A stretch of 64,000 nucleotides of DNA from Candidatus Marinacidobacterales bacterium (GCA_965219415.1 OZ244742.1:1536001-1600000), one strand, 5' to 3'; shown: positions 30,094 to 41,380, counted from the stretch's first letter. The notes: a model not told the origin generated them from the sequence alone. Program-made: numbers and translations.

Positions 30094-30702
30094 ATGAATA
30101 AGACCGTCTTGGTACTAGGACTATTCGTTTCCGTGGCCGCGGTGGCTGCGGGCGGTTCTCATCAGGAGACGACGCAGGGCGCCAAAGCCACGTTTGCGGG
30201 AGGCTGCTTCTGGTGCATGGAAGAAGCCTTCGAGAAGGTCGATGGCGTCACGTCCGCCGTCTCCGGCTACGCCGGAGGCACCAAGGCGAACCCGACCTAC
30301 AAGGAAGTCTCGGCCGGTAGGACCGGGCACACCGAAGCCGTCGAGGTCGTCTACGATCCGGGAACCGTGACTTACGCCGAATTGCTGGAGGTGTTCTGGC
30401 GCAACATCGATCCTACCGATGGAAGCGGGCAGTTCTGCGACAAGGGCTCCCAGTATCGTTCCGCCATCTTCTACCACGACGAGGAACAAAAAGGACGCAT
30501 CGAAGAATCGCTGCACTCGCTAGAGAACACGAAACCGTTCGATGAGCCAATCGTTACGGAGATCGTGCCGGCCTCGATGTTCTATCCGGCCGAGGACTAT
30601 CACCAGAACTATTACCAGAAGAATCCCATCCGCTACCGGTATTACAAGTACGGCTGCGGCCGAGCTCAGCGCCTGAAGACTCTCTGGGGACCAGAGAAAT
30701 AA
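30094..30702 (+). CDS. msrA: Peptide-methionine (S)-S-oxide reductase, exported
   Basis: Motifs FAGGCFWC, GHTEAV, QYRSAIF and AEDYHQNYY, with a signal peptide. Confidence 0.95.
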   Translation: MNKTVLVLGLFVSVAAVAAGGSHQETTQGAKATFAGGCFWCMEEAFEKVDGVTSAVSGYAGGTKANPTYKEVSAGRTGHTEAVEVVYDPGTVTYAELLEVFWRNIDPTDGSGQFCDKGSQYRSAIFYHDEEQKGRIEESLHSLENTKPFDEPIVTEIVPASMFYPAEDYHQNYYQKNPIRYRYYKYGCGRAQRLKTLWGPEK

Positions 30703-30820
30703 AAGAAAAATAAAAAGGAATGGCGGACACGCCCCCCTCCGAACTAACCGCCGCACTCCTCGCCCTCGTTCCCTCCAACTGAATACAATAGGTGTGTTTC
30801 CCTATTCCGAAGCGCTCAGA

Positions 30821-33757
30821 ATGTCGAGAAGCCGCGAACTTGAACAACGCCAAGAAAAGCCCAAGCTCGTTCTCTGTGACGGTTGGCGGGGGGTTCAAGA
30901 ACACCTTCTAAAATCGATCCGCTCTAGCGGTTCTGTGCGCGCTCTCGAGGTACGTGAGACCGTCATGGTGGTCCCTACTGCGGCGGCCGGCCACCTCCTT
31001 CGAAATACACTCGAGCAACAGTTGCTAGAGCAGCGGGTGGGGACATTTCTGCCAACCATCACGACGATGAGTGCTCTCACCAGGAACCTCGTGGAACGTT
31101 CGCTGGGGCGCGTTCGTCTGGTCGATCCGCTCCTCCGTGAGGCGCTCTTAGAGCAGGCGCTCTCGGAAGCCGCTGAATCAGGGGCACGGCCACCCTTCAC
31201 ATCGGGAGAAGCCCTTTCCCCGCGCATTCTCAGCTTCTACGACGACATTTGGTCGGCGGGCCATCGGCTCGAAGATCTCGTTTCTCGCGCCAAGGAAGAA
31301 TTTGATGTCACCGAGGACGTTGGCGCCGAACGCATGTCTGAGCAAACCCGCTTTCTCGGCGAAGGCCTAAGACGCTACCAGGACAAGCTCTCCGCCCTGG
31401 GACTCGATGATGGGACGACGGTGTTCGCGGCCCTCATGAAGCGTGGCACGCCGTTTCCGTATCGGAGAGCCTTTCTCATCGGGCCGAGTGCGGTTACGCC
31501 CAGAGAGCTCTCCTTCCTGAGCTCTCTCGCCGATCTAAATTCGCTCGAACATCTTGTTCCCGAAAGCATGGCGCGCGCTCACCCTGTCCAAAGGCTGCAA
31601 GGTTCGGCGGCATTCGAATCGATCGGCGAATCGATGGGCGCGCCCACGAGCAGCGCCTCCCCCACGTTGCTCAGACCCGAGGGAGAGAAGGCGATCGCTT
31701 TCGTGGGACGAGATCGGGAAGAGGTGCTGGTCGGAGTCGCCCGTCTCCTCAAGGCGCGAGCGGCAACCGGTGGTCTTCCGCACTTGGAGCGGATCGCCGT
31801 CGTCGTCCCCTCCCCTCTCCCCTACCTTTACCTCGCCAAGAAGGCCCTCGGTCAAGCGGGCATTCCGTATCAATTGCAAGACGACTTTCCGCTAGCCACA
31901 GAACCCTACTTGGCCGCTTCCGATCTGGTCCTGTCTTACGTGCAGCTCGAGGGTCGCCGCAGCGCGGCGCTCGAACTGCTGCGCAGCCCATTCTTTCGTT
32001 TTCCCGATGTGGGTGCGGCTGCGGTAGCCGCCTTGGATCGCGAGCTTACCAAATCACGTGAAGTGGGAGGTTTCAGGGTTTGGCGTCGTATGCTGGACGA
32101 CTTCCAGCGACTCCCCGTGCAATCCCCCCTACCCGGAATGGAGGAGGAGGAGCACACCGAGCTCGCCGCCGTTTCCGCTTTGGTGCACGCGGCCAAGCGT
32201 TTGGCTCCGTTGACTGATTCAGAAACCAGCCTCAGCGAGAAGGTCGATTCGTTTCGGAGTTTCCTTACGGAATACGGACGCCCGCCAGATGAGGAAGGCG
32301 AGGAAGACGCGGTGGGTGAGCCGACGCGCCACCAGCGCGCACGCGGAGCACTACTTTCGATCCTGGAGCGTCTATCGGAAGCGGCCCGTGTGGTCGCAGA
32401 TCCTCCGATTTCGTTCCAAGCTTTCCAAGACAAACTCCATCGCGCCATCGAATCCCAAACGTTCTCTACTCGCGCCGGCCGCCGGGGCATCCAGATCGTC
32501 GATGCCCGCTCGGTGGGGCTAGGTGCTTTCGAGATAGTCGTGCTGGTCGGGCTCAACGAAGGCGAGTGGCCGGCTCGCTCCGATCGAAACATCTTTTACC
32601 CCCAGTGGCTGCTCAAAGACTTCGGTTGGCCCAGCGACACGGAGTTGCTCGCCGCCGAGCGCGCGTCGTTCACCGAGCTGCTCAGGTTGTCTTCGGATTC
32701 GGTGGCCGTGTTTCGACACGAGTTGGAGGAAGAAATCCCAACCGTGGCTTCGCCCTTTCTGGAAGAGATCACCCGAGCGCTCACCGGGAAAGAAGAGCGT
32801 GTACCTACAGAGACGCTCGAAGGACTCGTAATCTCGCGTGTCGAGGCCTTGCGCACAGGGCTTGCGCCGGTTGCCGACCGCTTCGTCAACGATCGGAATC
32901 CCGCTATCGGCGAGCTTCCTTTTCTCGAGCCAAAAACTGTCTCCGCAACGGCCTTCGAACTATATCTGAGGTGTCCCTTTAAGTACTTTTCGCGACACGT
33001 TCTCGGTCTCGAAGAAGAGGACGTGTTCGACGAGGGCATGACTCCGATGCAGCGGGGCATTCTCATGCATGAAATTCTGAGAAAGGGCTTCGAGCAGTGG
33101 GACGGGTTCGCTGATCAGCCGCGCTCTATCACCGAAGACAACTACCACGAGGCGATGGCCGTGTTTCGGAAAGTGGCGGCCAAGCGACTTCCTCCGGAGC
33201 GACGTTCGTTGGAGATGGAGCGGCTTTTCGGAGGTCCGGGCCAGACCGGCGAGATCGAATGGCTACTCCGCCAAGAGATGGAAAAGGAGCCGCTGCGCCG
33301 TCGACTCGTGGAACACGGCTTCCAAGGTCACTTTCAATTTCCCGAAGGCCCCGATCAAGAAAAGCCCTGGTTCGTTCGGATCAAGGGGCGAGCCGATCGT
33401 GTCGACATCGATTCACGCGGATTGCTCCACGTCCTCGACTACAAGAGCGGAAGAGCACCAGAGGCAAGGTCGTCCCTGCAAGTGCCGCTCTATGCCATGT
33501 GTCTCGAGCAGCAACTTGGGGCTCGAGCCGTGGAGGCATCGTATTTGAGCCTTCGCGAACGGAGGGCCGTTCCCCGTCAGGATTTCCAAAAAGTAACAAC
33601 GCTGCTCAAGGACACTTACCGGAATGTCTCCGAGGGACGCTTCGCTCCTCGCCCTTCGCAAGACTTCCTGTGCAACACATGCGGCTACGTGGGCGTTTGC
33701 CGCAAGGAAATCGAAGAGATCTCCGGTCGCGAACGGGAGAACGAAACCGCATCATGA
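30821..33757 (+). CDS. addB: AddB-like PD-(D/E)XK nuclease subunit
   Basis: Inactive helicase-like body, SATAFELYLRCPFKYF, GRADRVD...LDYKSG and CNTCGYVGVC (4-Cys Fe-S staple). ATGA overlap with addA. Confidence 0.85.
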   Translation: MSRSRELEQRQEKPKLVLCDGWRGVQEHLLKSIRSSGSVRALEVRETVMVVPTAAAGHLLRNTLEQQLLEQRVGTFLPTITTMSALTRNLVERSLGRVRLVDPLLREALLEQALSEAAESGARPPFTSGEALSPRILSFYDDIWSAGHRLEDLVSRAKEEFDVTEDVGAERMSEQTRFLGEGLRRYQDKLSALGLDDGTTVFAALMKRGTPFPYRRAFLIGPSAVTPRELSFLSSLADLNSLEHLVPESMARAHPVQRLQGSAAFESIGESMGAPTSSASPTLLRPEGEKAIAFVGRDREEVLVGVARLLKARAATGGLPHLERIAVVVPSPLPYLYLAKKALGQAGIPYQLQDDFPLATEPYLAASDLVLSYVQLEGRRSAALELLRSPFFRFPDVGAAAVAALDRELTKSREVGGFRVWRRMLDDFQRLPVQSPLPGMEEEEHTELAAVSALVHAAKRLAPLTDSETSLSEKVDSFRSFLTEYGRPPDEEGEEDAVGEPTRHQRARGALLSILERLSEAARVVADPPISFQAFQDKLHRAIESQTFSTRAGRRGIQIVDARSVGLGAFEIVVLVGLNEGEWPARSDRNIFYPQWLLKDFGWPSDTELLAAERASFTELLRLSSDSVAVFRHELEEEIPTVASPFLEEITRALTGKEERVPTETLEGLVISRVEALRTGLAPVADRFVNDRNPAIGELPFLEPKTVSATAFELYLRCPFKYFSRHVLGLEEEDVFDEGMTPMQRGILMHEILRKGFEQWDGFADQPRSITEDNYHEAMAVFRKVAAKRLPPERRSLEMERLFGGPGQTGEIEWLLRQEMEKEPLRRRLVEHGFQGHFQFPEGPDQEKPWFVRIKGRADRVDIDSRGLLHVLDYKSGRAPEARSSLQVPLYAMCLEQQLGARAVEASYLSLRERRAVPRQDFQKVTTLLKDTYRNVSEGRFAPRPSQDFLCNTCGYVGVCRKEIEEISGRERENETAS

Positions 33758-36700
33758 ATCGAGATTTTCTGCCCGAAGACCGTTTGGCTCGCGAGCAGGC
33801 CGCAGACCCTCGCTTCAACGTTGCGCTGGAGGCCTCTGCCGGTACCGGCAAGACGAGCGTCTTGGTCGACCGCTACGTCCGCCTCATCGAGGAAGGCGCT
33901 TCGCCTCGTCACATTTTGGCGATTACCTTTACCCGCAAGGCCACCGGGGAGATGAAGAGCCGCATCATCGAAGAGCTTGGCCGCCGGGGCAAACTGTGGT
34001 CGGTGATGCGGGAAAGGCTCTTCGATATCCACATTGCCACCATCGACGCCTTCTGTCTCGGCCTCCTAAAAGAGTTCCCCCTCGAGGCCGGACTCAACCC
34101 TGACATCGAGCTACTGGACGAAGTCGACACCCAGCGTCTCACCGAGATAGCGGTTGAAGAGTCGTTGGCGGATCCGGCTCGGCCCGAGGGTCCAGACATG
34201 GGCTTCTTGACGTCGGTCTTCGGAGAGCCAGCCCTTCGCCGTAGTCTGCGGGACCTACTACGAAGTCGTTTGGTAAAAGAAGAAACCCTCCGGCGCTTCG
34301 TGGGTCGCCACATCCCACGTGAACTCGACCTAGAATCCTCTCTTCGGCGCATGGTCGCCGGCCTGAGCGATGTTTTGGGAGGTCGAGAAGGCGTGGAGCA
34401 GCTCTTGTCCTCGGGGCCCGATCAGTCACCACGCTCTCGAGCGTTGGGATTCGCCTTCCGGCGGGCGATCGATCCCGAGCGGGCGACACCACTCGACGTC
34501 GAGCAAGTCGTGTCTTATTTTCTGACTCAGGACGAACGCCTCCCTCGCAAGAAGCTCGCGAAGGTTTTTAGCGCACGAGATTTTCCTGACCGCGCCACCT
34601 ACCAGAGCCATCGAGACCATGTGCTCGCCCTTGCCCCGGCCGTATCCGAAGCTCACGCTCGTTGGTTCGGCGATCGGGATCTCTATGGAGTCCGGGAGCT
34701 CTGGAGGCTTTTTCGCGTTGCTTCCAGGCGTTTCCAAACATTGAAGGAGTCCCGGCGGGGACTCGACTTCACTGACGTGTTGTTGCGCGCGGTGAAGCTT
34801 CTCGAGCAACGCGAGGAGTTTTCTCAGAGTCGCTTCCGATTGGAGTCTCGATACCATCATCTCCTTATCGACGAGTTTCAAGACACCAACGACGTCCAGT
34901 GGCGATTGCTACGGGCACTCATCGATTCTTGGGGTGAGGGCTCGGGTCTGGTGCAGGATGCGATCTTGGCCGAGCAATCGGCCGGAAGGGGCAGCGGCGT
35001 GCTTCAAGAGCCTTCCATCTTTATAGTCGGGGATCGGAAACAATCCATCTACGGCTGGCGAGACGCCCGCGTGGAAGTGATGGAAAAAGCTGCTCGGCAG
35101 GTGTTGAGACTGAGACCAAGAGGGGGTCGGCGTTTGACGATTCGCCAAAGCTTCCGCGCGCAAGGAACTCTCCTCGATTTCTTGAACGATGTTTTCTCCG
35201 GTGTGCCCCAAATCGGGCCAGGTCTCGAGTGGTCCTTTCGATACGGCGAGACGGACCACTTTCCGGTATTGGAGAAAGAAGAGGGAGCGCAGCCGATCGG
35301 TCTGGTCGTCGAGCCCGATCTACCAAGAGCGGCTTCAGCCGTTGCGGACCAGGTCGTCCGGCTCCTCGAAGAGGAGAACTGCCGCCCCAAGGACATCGCG
35401 ATCCTATTTCGAAGCCGGACTCACTATCGAGTCTACGAGGAGGCTCTTTCGGAACGAGGCGTGCCGGCTTATGTCTACCGAGGCCTCGGATTTTTCGATT
35501 CACCCGAGGTCAAAGACATCCAAGCGTTGGTACGGTTTCTTTCCGAGCCAGGATCCGAGCTTCGTGCCGCCGAGCTCCTCCGTTCTCGATTCGTGGCACT
35601 CTCCGACAACGGGCTGGCCCGCATCGCGGCCGGGCGGGGACGACGTAGAGGCGAGGGCCCGTTGGCGAGACTGCTTCGAGGCGGAAGCCGGTCAACAGAC
35701 TTCCCACCCAATATGTCCGACGAGGATCGCGCCGCCGCGCTGCGGGCCGCCACCACCGTCCCGAACTGGCTGCGGCAGGTAGACCGACTACCTCCAGCGG
35801 ACCTGATACTGCAAATCCTCGAAGAAACCGACTACCCGGCCTGGTTGACCGGGCGCAAGGGACAGCAAGGCTGGGAGAATTTAAAGAAGGTCCTGGAGAT
35901 GGTTCGACGCGCGCAAAATCGCGGATACTTGACACTGGCGCGCCTTGCTGAACACCTCGATACCGCTTCCACCGGAGAGGAATCGCTCGCCGTCCTAGAA
36001 ACCGTGGACGCGGTCAACCTCATGACCATCCATGCCGCCAAGGGACTGGAGTTCGATACTGTCTTCGTTGTCAACATGGAGCAGAAAACGCGGACCGATA
36101 CGTCGCTGCCTCGCATCAAGGAAAAACCGAACGGAGAAGCCGAGGTCCACGCCTTGGGCAAGCCGGAGGCGGAAGGCCCAGCTCGAACCGTGGAGGAAGA
36201 AAAGCGGCTTCTCTATGTCGCCCTGACCCGGGCACGCAAAGGGCTCTTCCTGTGTGCGTCCGACCTAGCAGGCGGCGACACACAGACAACTTTCTTGCAC
36301 TTGTTACCGGAGGAACTGCGCGCCGTTTTCCACGAGGCGCTCGAGAGTGACAAGCGGGAGTTGTCTTGGACGCCGAAGCTTCAAACGCACCGACTGAGAC
36401 GGATCCGCCCGGCGCGTGAGCCGCGTCGACACCGAAGCACGCGAGAAGAGCCGATCTACCGCGACGCGCTCGCGCCGCTTGAAGATGCAAGACCAGAACG
36501 AGTCACGGTGGGTGAGCTGGTTCGGGCGCAAGTCGGGGAGACTACCGCACCATGGGATCTCGAGCCGAAGGACGTTGCGGTCGGAAAATTGGTCCACCGC
36601 ATGTTCGAGTTCGATGTGGCCGATGACGCCTCCCTAACCGACGTCGCGCTGGCGCTTTCCGCGGAGCTTTTCGACCGAGATCCCGCTGAGCAAGAGCGGA

Positions 36701-37080
36701 CGGCGCAGGCCGCCGCAAAGCTCTACCACACCCTGCGAGCCAGCAGCCCTTTGCGGGAGCTGCTCACTCAAGGAAAGGTGTTTCGGGAAGTTCCGTTTTC
36801 GTTTCGTCGCCCCCAGCAAGATGCCCAAAACGGCCAGGTTGTCCGCGGCACGATCGACAGCCTCGTTATCCTCGAGGACCGCATCGTGGTCGTCGATTAC
36901 AAGACCGGCAGCCGAAATGATAGGCATCGCCTACAAGTAGAGCTTTATGTCGAGGCGGCGAGGGAGTTATTCCCGGGCCACCCGGTCGAGGGGCTCGTCT
37001 TTTACGCGAGCGGTTCGCCCCTCCGCGTCGCGCCCGAAGAGGGTGACGGCAAACCTGGAGCTCAACTCGAGCTCTTCTAG
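33754..37080 (+). CDS. addA: AddA-like UvrD helicase-nuclease
   Basis: Motifs ASAGTGKT, ITFTRKA, IDEFQDT, VGDRKQSIY, MTIHAAKGLEF and LLYVALTRA, with C-terminal nuclease GTID...DYKTG. Confidence 0.92.
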   Translation: MNRDFLPEDRLAREQAADPRFNVALEASAGTGKTSVLVDRYVRLIEEGASPRHILAITFTRKATGEMKSRIIEELGRRGKLWSVMRERLFDIHIATIDAFCLGLLKEFPLEAGLNPDIELLDEVDTQRLTEIAVEESLADPARPEGPDMGFLTSVFGEPALRRSLRDLLRSRLVKEETLRRFVGRHIPRELDLESSLRRMVAGLSDVLGGREGVEQLLSSGPDQSPRSRALGFAFRRAIDPERATPLDVEQVVSYFLTQDERLPRKKLAKVFSARDFPDRATYQSHRDHVLALAPAVSEAHARWFGDRDLYGVRELWRLFRVASRRFQTLKESRRGLDFTDVLLRAVKLLEQREEFSQSRFRLESRYHHLLIDEFQDTNDVQWRLLRALIDSWGEGSGLVQDAILAEQSAGRGSGVLQEPSIFIVGDRKQSIYGWRDARVEVMEKAARQVLRLRPRGGRRLTIRQSFRAQGTLLDFLNDVFSGVPQIGPGLEWSFRYGETDHFPVLEKEEGAQPIGLVVEPDLPRAASAVADQVVRLLEEENCRPKDIAILFRSRTHYRVYEEALSERGVPAYVYRGLGFFDSPEVKDIQALVRFLSEPGSELRAAELLRSRFVALSDNGLARIAAGRGRRRGEGPLARLLRGGSRSTDFPPNMSDEDRAAALRAATTVPNWLRQVDRLPPADLILQILEETDYPAWLTGRKGQQGWENLKKVLEMVRRAQNRGYLTLARLAEHLDTASTGEESLAVLETVDAVNLMTIHAAKGLEFDTVFVVNMEQKTRTDTSLPRIKEKPNGEAEVHALGKPEAEGPARTVEEEKRLLYVALTRARKGLFLCASDLAGGDTQTTFLHLLPEELRAVFHEALESDKRELSWTPKLQTHRLRRIRPAREPRRHRSTREEPIYRDALAPLEDARPERVTVGELVRAQVGETTAPWDLEPKDVAVGKLVHRMFEFDVADDASLTDVALALSAELFDRDPAEQERTAQAAAKLYHTLRASSPLRELLTQGKVFREVPFSFRRPQQDAQNGQVVRGTIDSLVILEDRIVVVDYKTGSRNDRHRLQVELYVEAARELFPGHPVEGLVFYASGSPLRVAPEEGDGKPGAQLELF

Positions 37081-37199
37081 TTAACGCCTTTATTTAGTAT
37101 CGTTTGCGGCGAACCTCGTTAGAGGACCCCGGGACGCCTTTCCTCCGAGATCCGTTCCGTAGTATCATCAAATTACACAATCAAATACATGAGCTCTGC

Positions 37200-37490
37200 A
37201 TGACGACCGCAGAAAACCAGCGCGGCCGGGGCGGCGGTGTGACTATCGCCTCGTCCGGATCCCTAGAGGATACGCCTCTCGCCGACGTGATCCGCCGCAC
37301 TGTGCTCGATGAGCGAAGCGGAGAGCTCCGCGTCGCCGCTCCTCCCGCGGTGAAGACCATCTCCTTTGATCGAGGCTTCATCGTATACGCCGGGAGCAAT
37401 CTGGAAAGCGACGGCCTCGGGAAGCTGCTGATCGATTCGGGCCGTATCTCGAAGCGTGAGCTCGCTCTCGTCGGCATGTTGACGAGAGCC
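37200..37490 (+). pseudogene. DUF4388-domain protein, N-terminal fragment
   Basis: GSLEDTPLADVI...RSGELRV...FDRGFIVYAGSN...LGKLLIDSGRIS, then the sequence runs into PhoD-coding DNA. Confidence 0.65.
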
Positions 37491-38705
37491 CCGAGGAGAG
37501 CGTTCCTCTTCGGCGAACGGAACTTTCGGGACGGCTCCCGAGAAGACAGCCGAGCTTCAAAGTCTTCGTTTCGTCGTCGGCGGAGACTTGGACGGTCATG
37601 GCTATTGCCGTGAGGCGGAAGATGGCTATGGCGTCTTCGACACCCTGGACAAACTGTCACCTGATTTTTTCGTCGCCAATGGCGACATGATTTACGCCGA
37701 CACCGAATGTCCAACCGAAGGTCCCGAGGAAAGGCACAATGTCCCGGGAGATTTTTCGAGAATAGACTCCCCCGAAATCGACTGGACAAACGAAGCCCAG
37801 CTTCAAGAACTTTATTGGCGCCACTGGCGGTACCATCGAGCCGATCCCCATTTTCAACGTTTTCTCGGTGTGACTCCCGTCTACGTGCAGTGGGACGACC
37901 ACGAGGTCATCAACGATTTCGGAGCGCGCTGGCCTCTGTGGCCCCCCGATCGAGACCGCGAGGGATTCGCCAACGTGGTCGAAGCCGGTAGGAATGCTTT
38001 GTTTCATTACAATCCCATCGACCGACATCCCGACGAGCCCCATCGCAACTACCGTTCTTTCCGATGGGGTAAAGACATGGAGCTCTTCTTGATCGACGCT
38101 CGTTCCTATCGCGACCGAAACGATCGACCCAACCCCGCCGCTCATCCCAAGTCGCTCCTGGGAAAGGAACAACTCGCGTGGCTCAAGCAAGGCTTGGCCT
38201 CATCCGATGCAACGTGGAAAATCGTCAGCTCCGACGTTCCGCTTTCCGCACCAACCGGTAGCCAGGCCGAGACCTATGGCAGAGACGGCTGGGCGAATGG
38301 AACCAAGACGGACTTCTCGTCGCAAACCGGTTTCGAACAGGAGCTCCTGAACCTACTCGCCCATCTCGATGCTTCCGATGTCGAGAACTTGGTGTTTTTC
38401 GTGACCGATGTCCATGTCGCGCTCAGCATACGGTATGACGCGGACGCGGACGGTGATGGAGATCGGTTCGTATTCCACGAGTTCATCAGTGGTCCGCTGA
38501 TCGCCGGGAAACTTCTCGCCCCCCCGAGCTCGACCGGACCCTGCGACCGGTCATCCTTTATGCCGAGGGAGACCTCTTCAATTTCGGGTACTACCGGCTG
38601 AAGAGAGGTCCCGACGGCAAGGTGCATTTCCTGGCCGACGTCCGCGATGACGAGGGTGCCGTCCGCCCTGGCTCGTCTTTCGACCTGGCGCCTGAGAAAC
38701 CGTAA
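37480..38705 (+). pseudogene. PhoD-like alkaline phosphatase, 5'-truncated, frameshift in the C-run near 38520
   Basis: Motifs GTFRTAP, NGDMIYAD, QWDDHEV, DARSYR and VTDVH. An alternative frame continues LYAEGDLFNFG...PEKP* to 38705. No signal peptide or start found. Confidence 0.8.
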
Positions 38706-38811
38706 AGGTTCGGAGGCGCCCCCCGATTCGCGTCGATTTGGTGGCAGTTTGCCGGCCGCGGCGGATTTCGTTATTGTCAGGCATCATGCCCAAACTGCGA
38801 GGATCGGCCGG

Positions 38812-40059
38812 TTGACCTACTTACCGACTTTGGTCGAAGGTGGCAAAAAACCCGAACGCGCCTTGCCGGCGGGGGTTGTTGACGCTGTGACCCAAGCGTT
38901 GAACGGTGGGACTCTCCCAACCGAAGCCGCACACCGACTCGCGTCATGTGAAAGCGATGCCCTCCCGGCACTCTGTCGCGCCGCTTCCGAGCTTCGTGAC
39001 GGCGGCAAGGGCCGAATCGTTACCTTTTCTCCCAAGGTTTTCATTCCACTGACCCGGCTTTGTCGAGACTTCTGCGGATACTGCACCTTTCGCCAATCTC
39101 CGCTCGAGTCCGAATCGCTCTTCATGACGCTCGAAGAAGTCGTTGCGGTCGCCAAGGCAGGAAAACGGGCCGGCTGCACCGAGGCCCTTTTTACATTAGG
39201 CGAGCGACCCGAGCTGCGCTATCCAGAAGCCAAGGCCTGGCTACGGGCAGCGGGATACCGAACGACCTTGGATTATGTTCGCGATGCTGCGGCGGCCGTC
39301 GTCGACGAAGTCGGACTCTTGCCCCATTTGAATCCGGGCACAATGGGCCGTCGAGAGTTGGCCTCGCTACGTCCCGTGAGTGCATCGATGGGAATCATGC
39401 TCGAGAACGCAAGCCCACGCCTCGCCGAGATGGGAGGTCCTCACCACCAAGCACCGAGCAAGTGGCCCCTGGCACGCATCAAGGCCCTTTCGCTTGCGGG
39501 CCAGGAGGAGGTGGCCTTCACCACCGGGCTCCTGGTCGGAATCGGTGAGACCCGTGCCGAAATCATCGACTCCCTCATCACAATTCGGGAGATCCATGAA
39601 CGCTATGGCCACATCCAAGAAGTCATCATCCAGAATTTCCGGGCAAAGCCGGACACGGCCATGAGTGCTCACGCGCACGCCTCGACCGAAGCGACCTTAT
39701 GGACGGTGGCGGTAGCGCGTTTGATTCTGGGCCCGAGGGCAAACATCCAGGTTCCACCCAACCTCAATCGAACCGACTACCCGACGTACTTGATGGCGGG
39801 TATCAACGACTGGGGCGGCGTGTCGCCGGTCACCATCGACTACGTGAACCCGGAAGCCCCTTGGCCTCACCTCGATCATCTCCGAGCCCAAACCGAGAGG
39901 CTCGGGTTTCAGCTGAAACCGCGTTTGCCTGTTTACCCGGAGCTCGTTACCGGGGATGGACGCCTTATCCCGACCGACTTACGCGATCGGGTCCGCGCGA
40001 ACGCGGATGATGAAGGTTATGTAAGCGGGGGAATCGAGCGATATGCACCTTCCGAATAG
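38812..40059 (+). CDS. cofG: FO synthase subunit CofG (start uncertain)
   Basis: VTFSPKVFIPLTRLCRDFCGYC, EALFTLGERPE, LPHLNPG, HIQEVIIQNF, DWGGVSPVTIDYVNPE. Confidence 0.93.
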   Translation: MTYLPTLVEGGKKPERALPAGVVDAVTQALNGGTLPTEAAHRLASCESDALPALCRAASELRDGGKGRIVTFSPKVFIPLTRLCRDFCGYCTFRQSPLESESLFMTLEEVVAVAKAGKRAGCTEALFTLGERPELRYPEAKAWLRAAGYRTTLDYVRDAAAAVVDEVGLLPHLNPGTMGRRELASLRPVSASMGIMLENASPRLAEMGGPHHQAPSKWPLARIKALSLAGQEEVAFTTGLLVGIGETRAEIIDSLITIREIHERYGHIQEVIIQNFRAKPDTAMSAHAHASTEATLWTVAVARLILGPRANIQVPPNLNRTDYPTYLMAGINDWGGVSPVTIDYVNPEAPWPHLDHLRAQTERLGFQLKPRLPVYPELVTGDGRLIPTDLRDRVRANADDEGYVSGGIERYAPSE

Positions 40060-41380
40060 TCAAGGTTCGAACGGGCAGTCCCTGGATGCCATGCTGCCAG
40101 GCATCGCGATCGACGTCGCCCGCGTGCTCGGGAAAGCGCTGGATGGTTACGACCTGACGGTCGACGAGATCGTTCTGCTGTTTCGGACCACCGGAGCCGA
40201 GTTGGAAGCCACCGCGAAAACGGCCGATGAGTTACGTAACCGAGCGAACGGCGATCTGGTGACCTACGTCGTCAACCGCAACATCAACTTCACCAATGTG
40301 TGTATCAAGCGTTGTGGATTCTGTGCCTTTAGTCGTGATTTTCGCCAAGAGGAGGGTTACCTCCTCCCCACCGAAGAGATCCTTCGCCGCGCCAAGGAAG
40401 CCTGGGATCTCGGGGCAACCGAAGTCTGTATCCAAGCGGGTCTTCCCCCTCAAATGGAAGGTGACCACTACATCAAGCTTACCCGAGCACTGAAGGAAGC
40501 CCTGCCTGAGCTGCATATCCACGGTTTCTCGCCGGAGGAGGTCTTGTACGGTGCGGTTCGCTCCCGGGCATCGATTCGCGAGTACTTGCGCGAGCTCAAG
40601 GAAGCTGGCGTGGGAAGCCTCCCGGGCACATCAGCCGAGATCTTGGATCAAGATCTTCGAGACCTCATCTCTCCGGGCCGGATCCGCGTCGATCAATGGA
40701 TCGAGGTCATCACCACCGCCCACGAGCTGGGGATACCCACTACGTCGACCATCATGTATGGACATGTCGAGGAAGAGGTTCACAAAGCGCGTCATCTCGT
40801 TTTGATTCGTAACCTTCAGAAGACCAGTGGCGGTTTCACCGAGTTCGTCCCCCTGAGCTTCGTTCACACAGAAGCGCCCATGTTCACGCACAACACCGTT
40901 CCCGCGGTAAGGTCTGGAGCCTCCCGCGAGGAAGTGATCAAGATGCACGCCGTGGCCCGTATCGTGCTGAACAACTGGGTACCGAATGTGCAGGTGTCTT
41001 GGGTCAAAGAGGGGCTACCCACAAGCCAGCTCCTCCTCACCGCGGGAGTGAACGACATGGGTGGCACTCTCATGAACGAGAGCATCTCCACCGCAGCAGG
41101 AGCACCCTTCGGGCAGTTGGTCGCGCCGGTCACTTTCCGCAAGCTCATCCGTGACGCGGGTCGCGTCCCCGCCGAGCGCTCTACGACGTATCGTATTCGA
41201 CGAGTCTTCACGGACGAAGAAAGCGCTGCTACCGCCGATACTCTGGATGGAATGGGGCGAGACTCGGAGGAACGTCTAGGCTCTTACCAACGACTCATCA
41301 AGATGAAAGACTTTCGCTATCACCATCCGCGCCGAAAACCCGCAGCCGTCACGAGTGGGCCTAATAAGGATGACAAGTGA
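40043..41380 (+). CDS. cofH: FO synthase subunit CofH
   Basis: TYVVNRNINFTNVCIKRCGFCAF, PGTSAEIL, TSTIMYGH, GGFTEFVPL, QVSWVKEG, GGTLMNESI. Directly follows cofG. Confidence 0.93.
   Translation: MHLPNSQGSNGQSLDAMLPGIAIDVARVLGKALDGYDLTVDEIVLLFRTTGAELEATAKTADELRNRANGDLVTYVVNRNINFTNVCIKRCGFCAFSRDFRQEEGYLLPTEEILRRAKEAWDLGATEVCIQAGLPPQMEGDHYIKLTRALKEALPELHIHGFSPEEVLYGAVRSRASIREYLRELKEAGVGSLPGTSAEILDQDLRDLISPGRIRVDQWIEVITTAHELGIPTTSTIMYGHVEEEVHKARHLVLIRNLQKTSGGFTEFVPLSFVHTEAPMFTHNTVPAVRSGASREEVIKMHAVARIVLNNWVPNVQVSWVKEGLPTSQLLLTAGVNDMGGTLMNESISTAAGAPFGQLVAPVTFRKLIRDAGRVPAERSTTYRIRRVFTDEESAATADTLDGMGRDSEERLGSYQRLIKMKDFRYHHPRRKPAAVTSGPNKDDK

Noticed and set aside
30821-37080. Cas4-like or novel defence helicase-nuclease pair
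   Set aside because: Gene order, size, Fe-S motif and ATGA coupling all match housekeeping AddAB.
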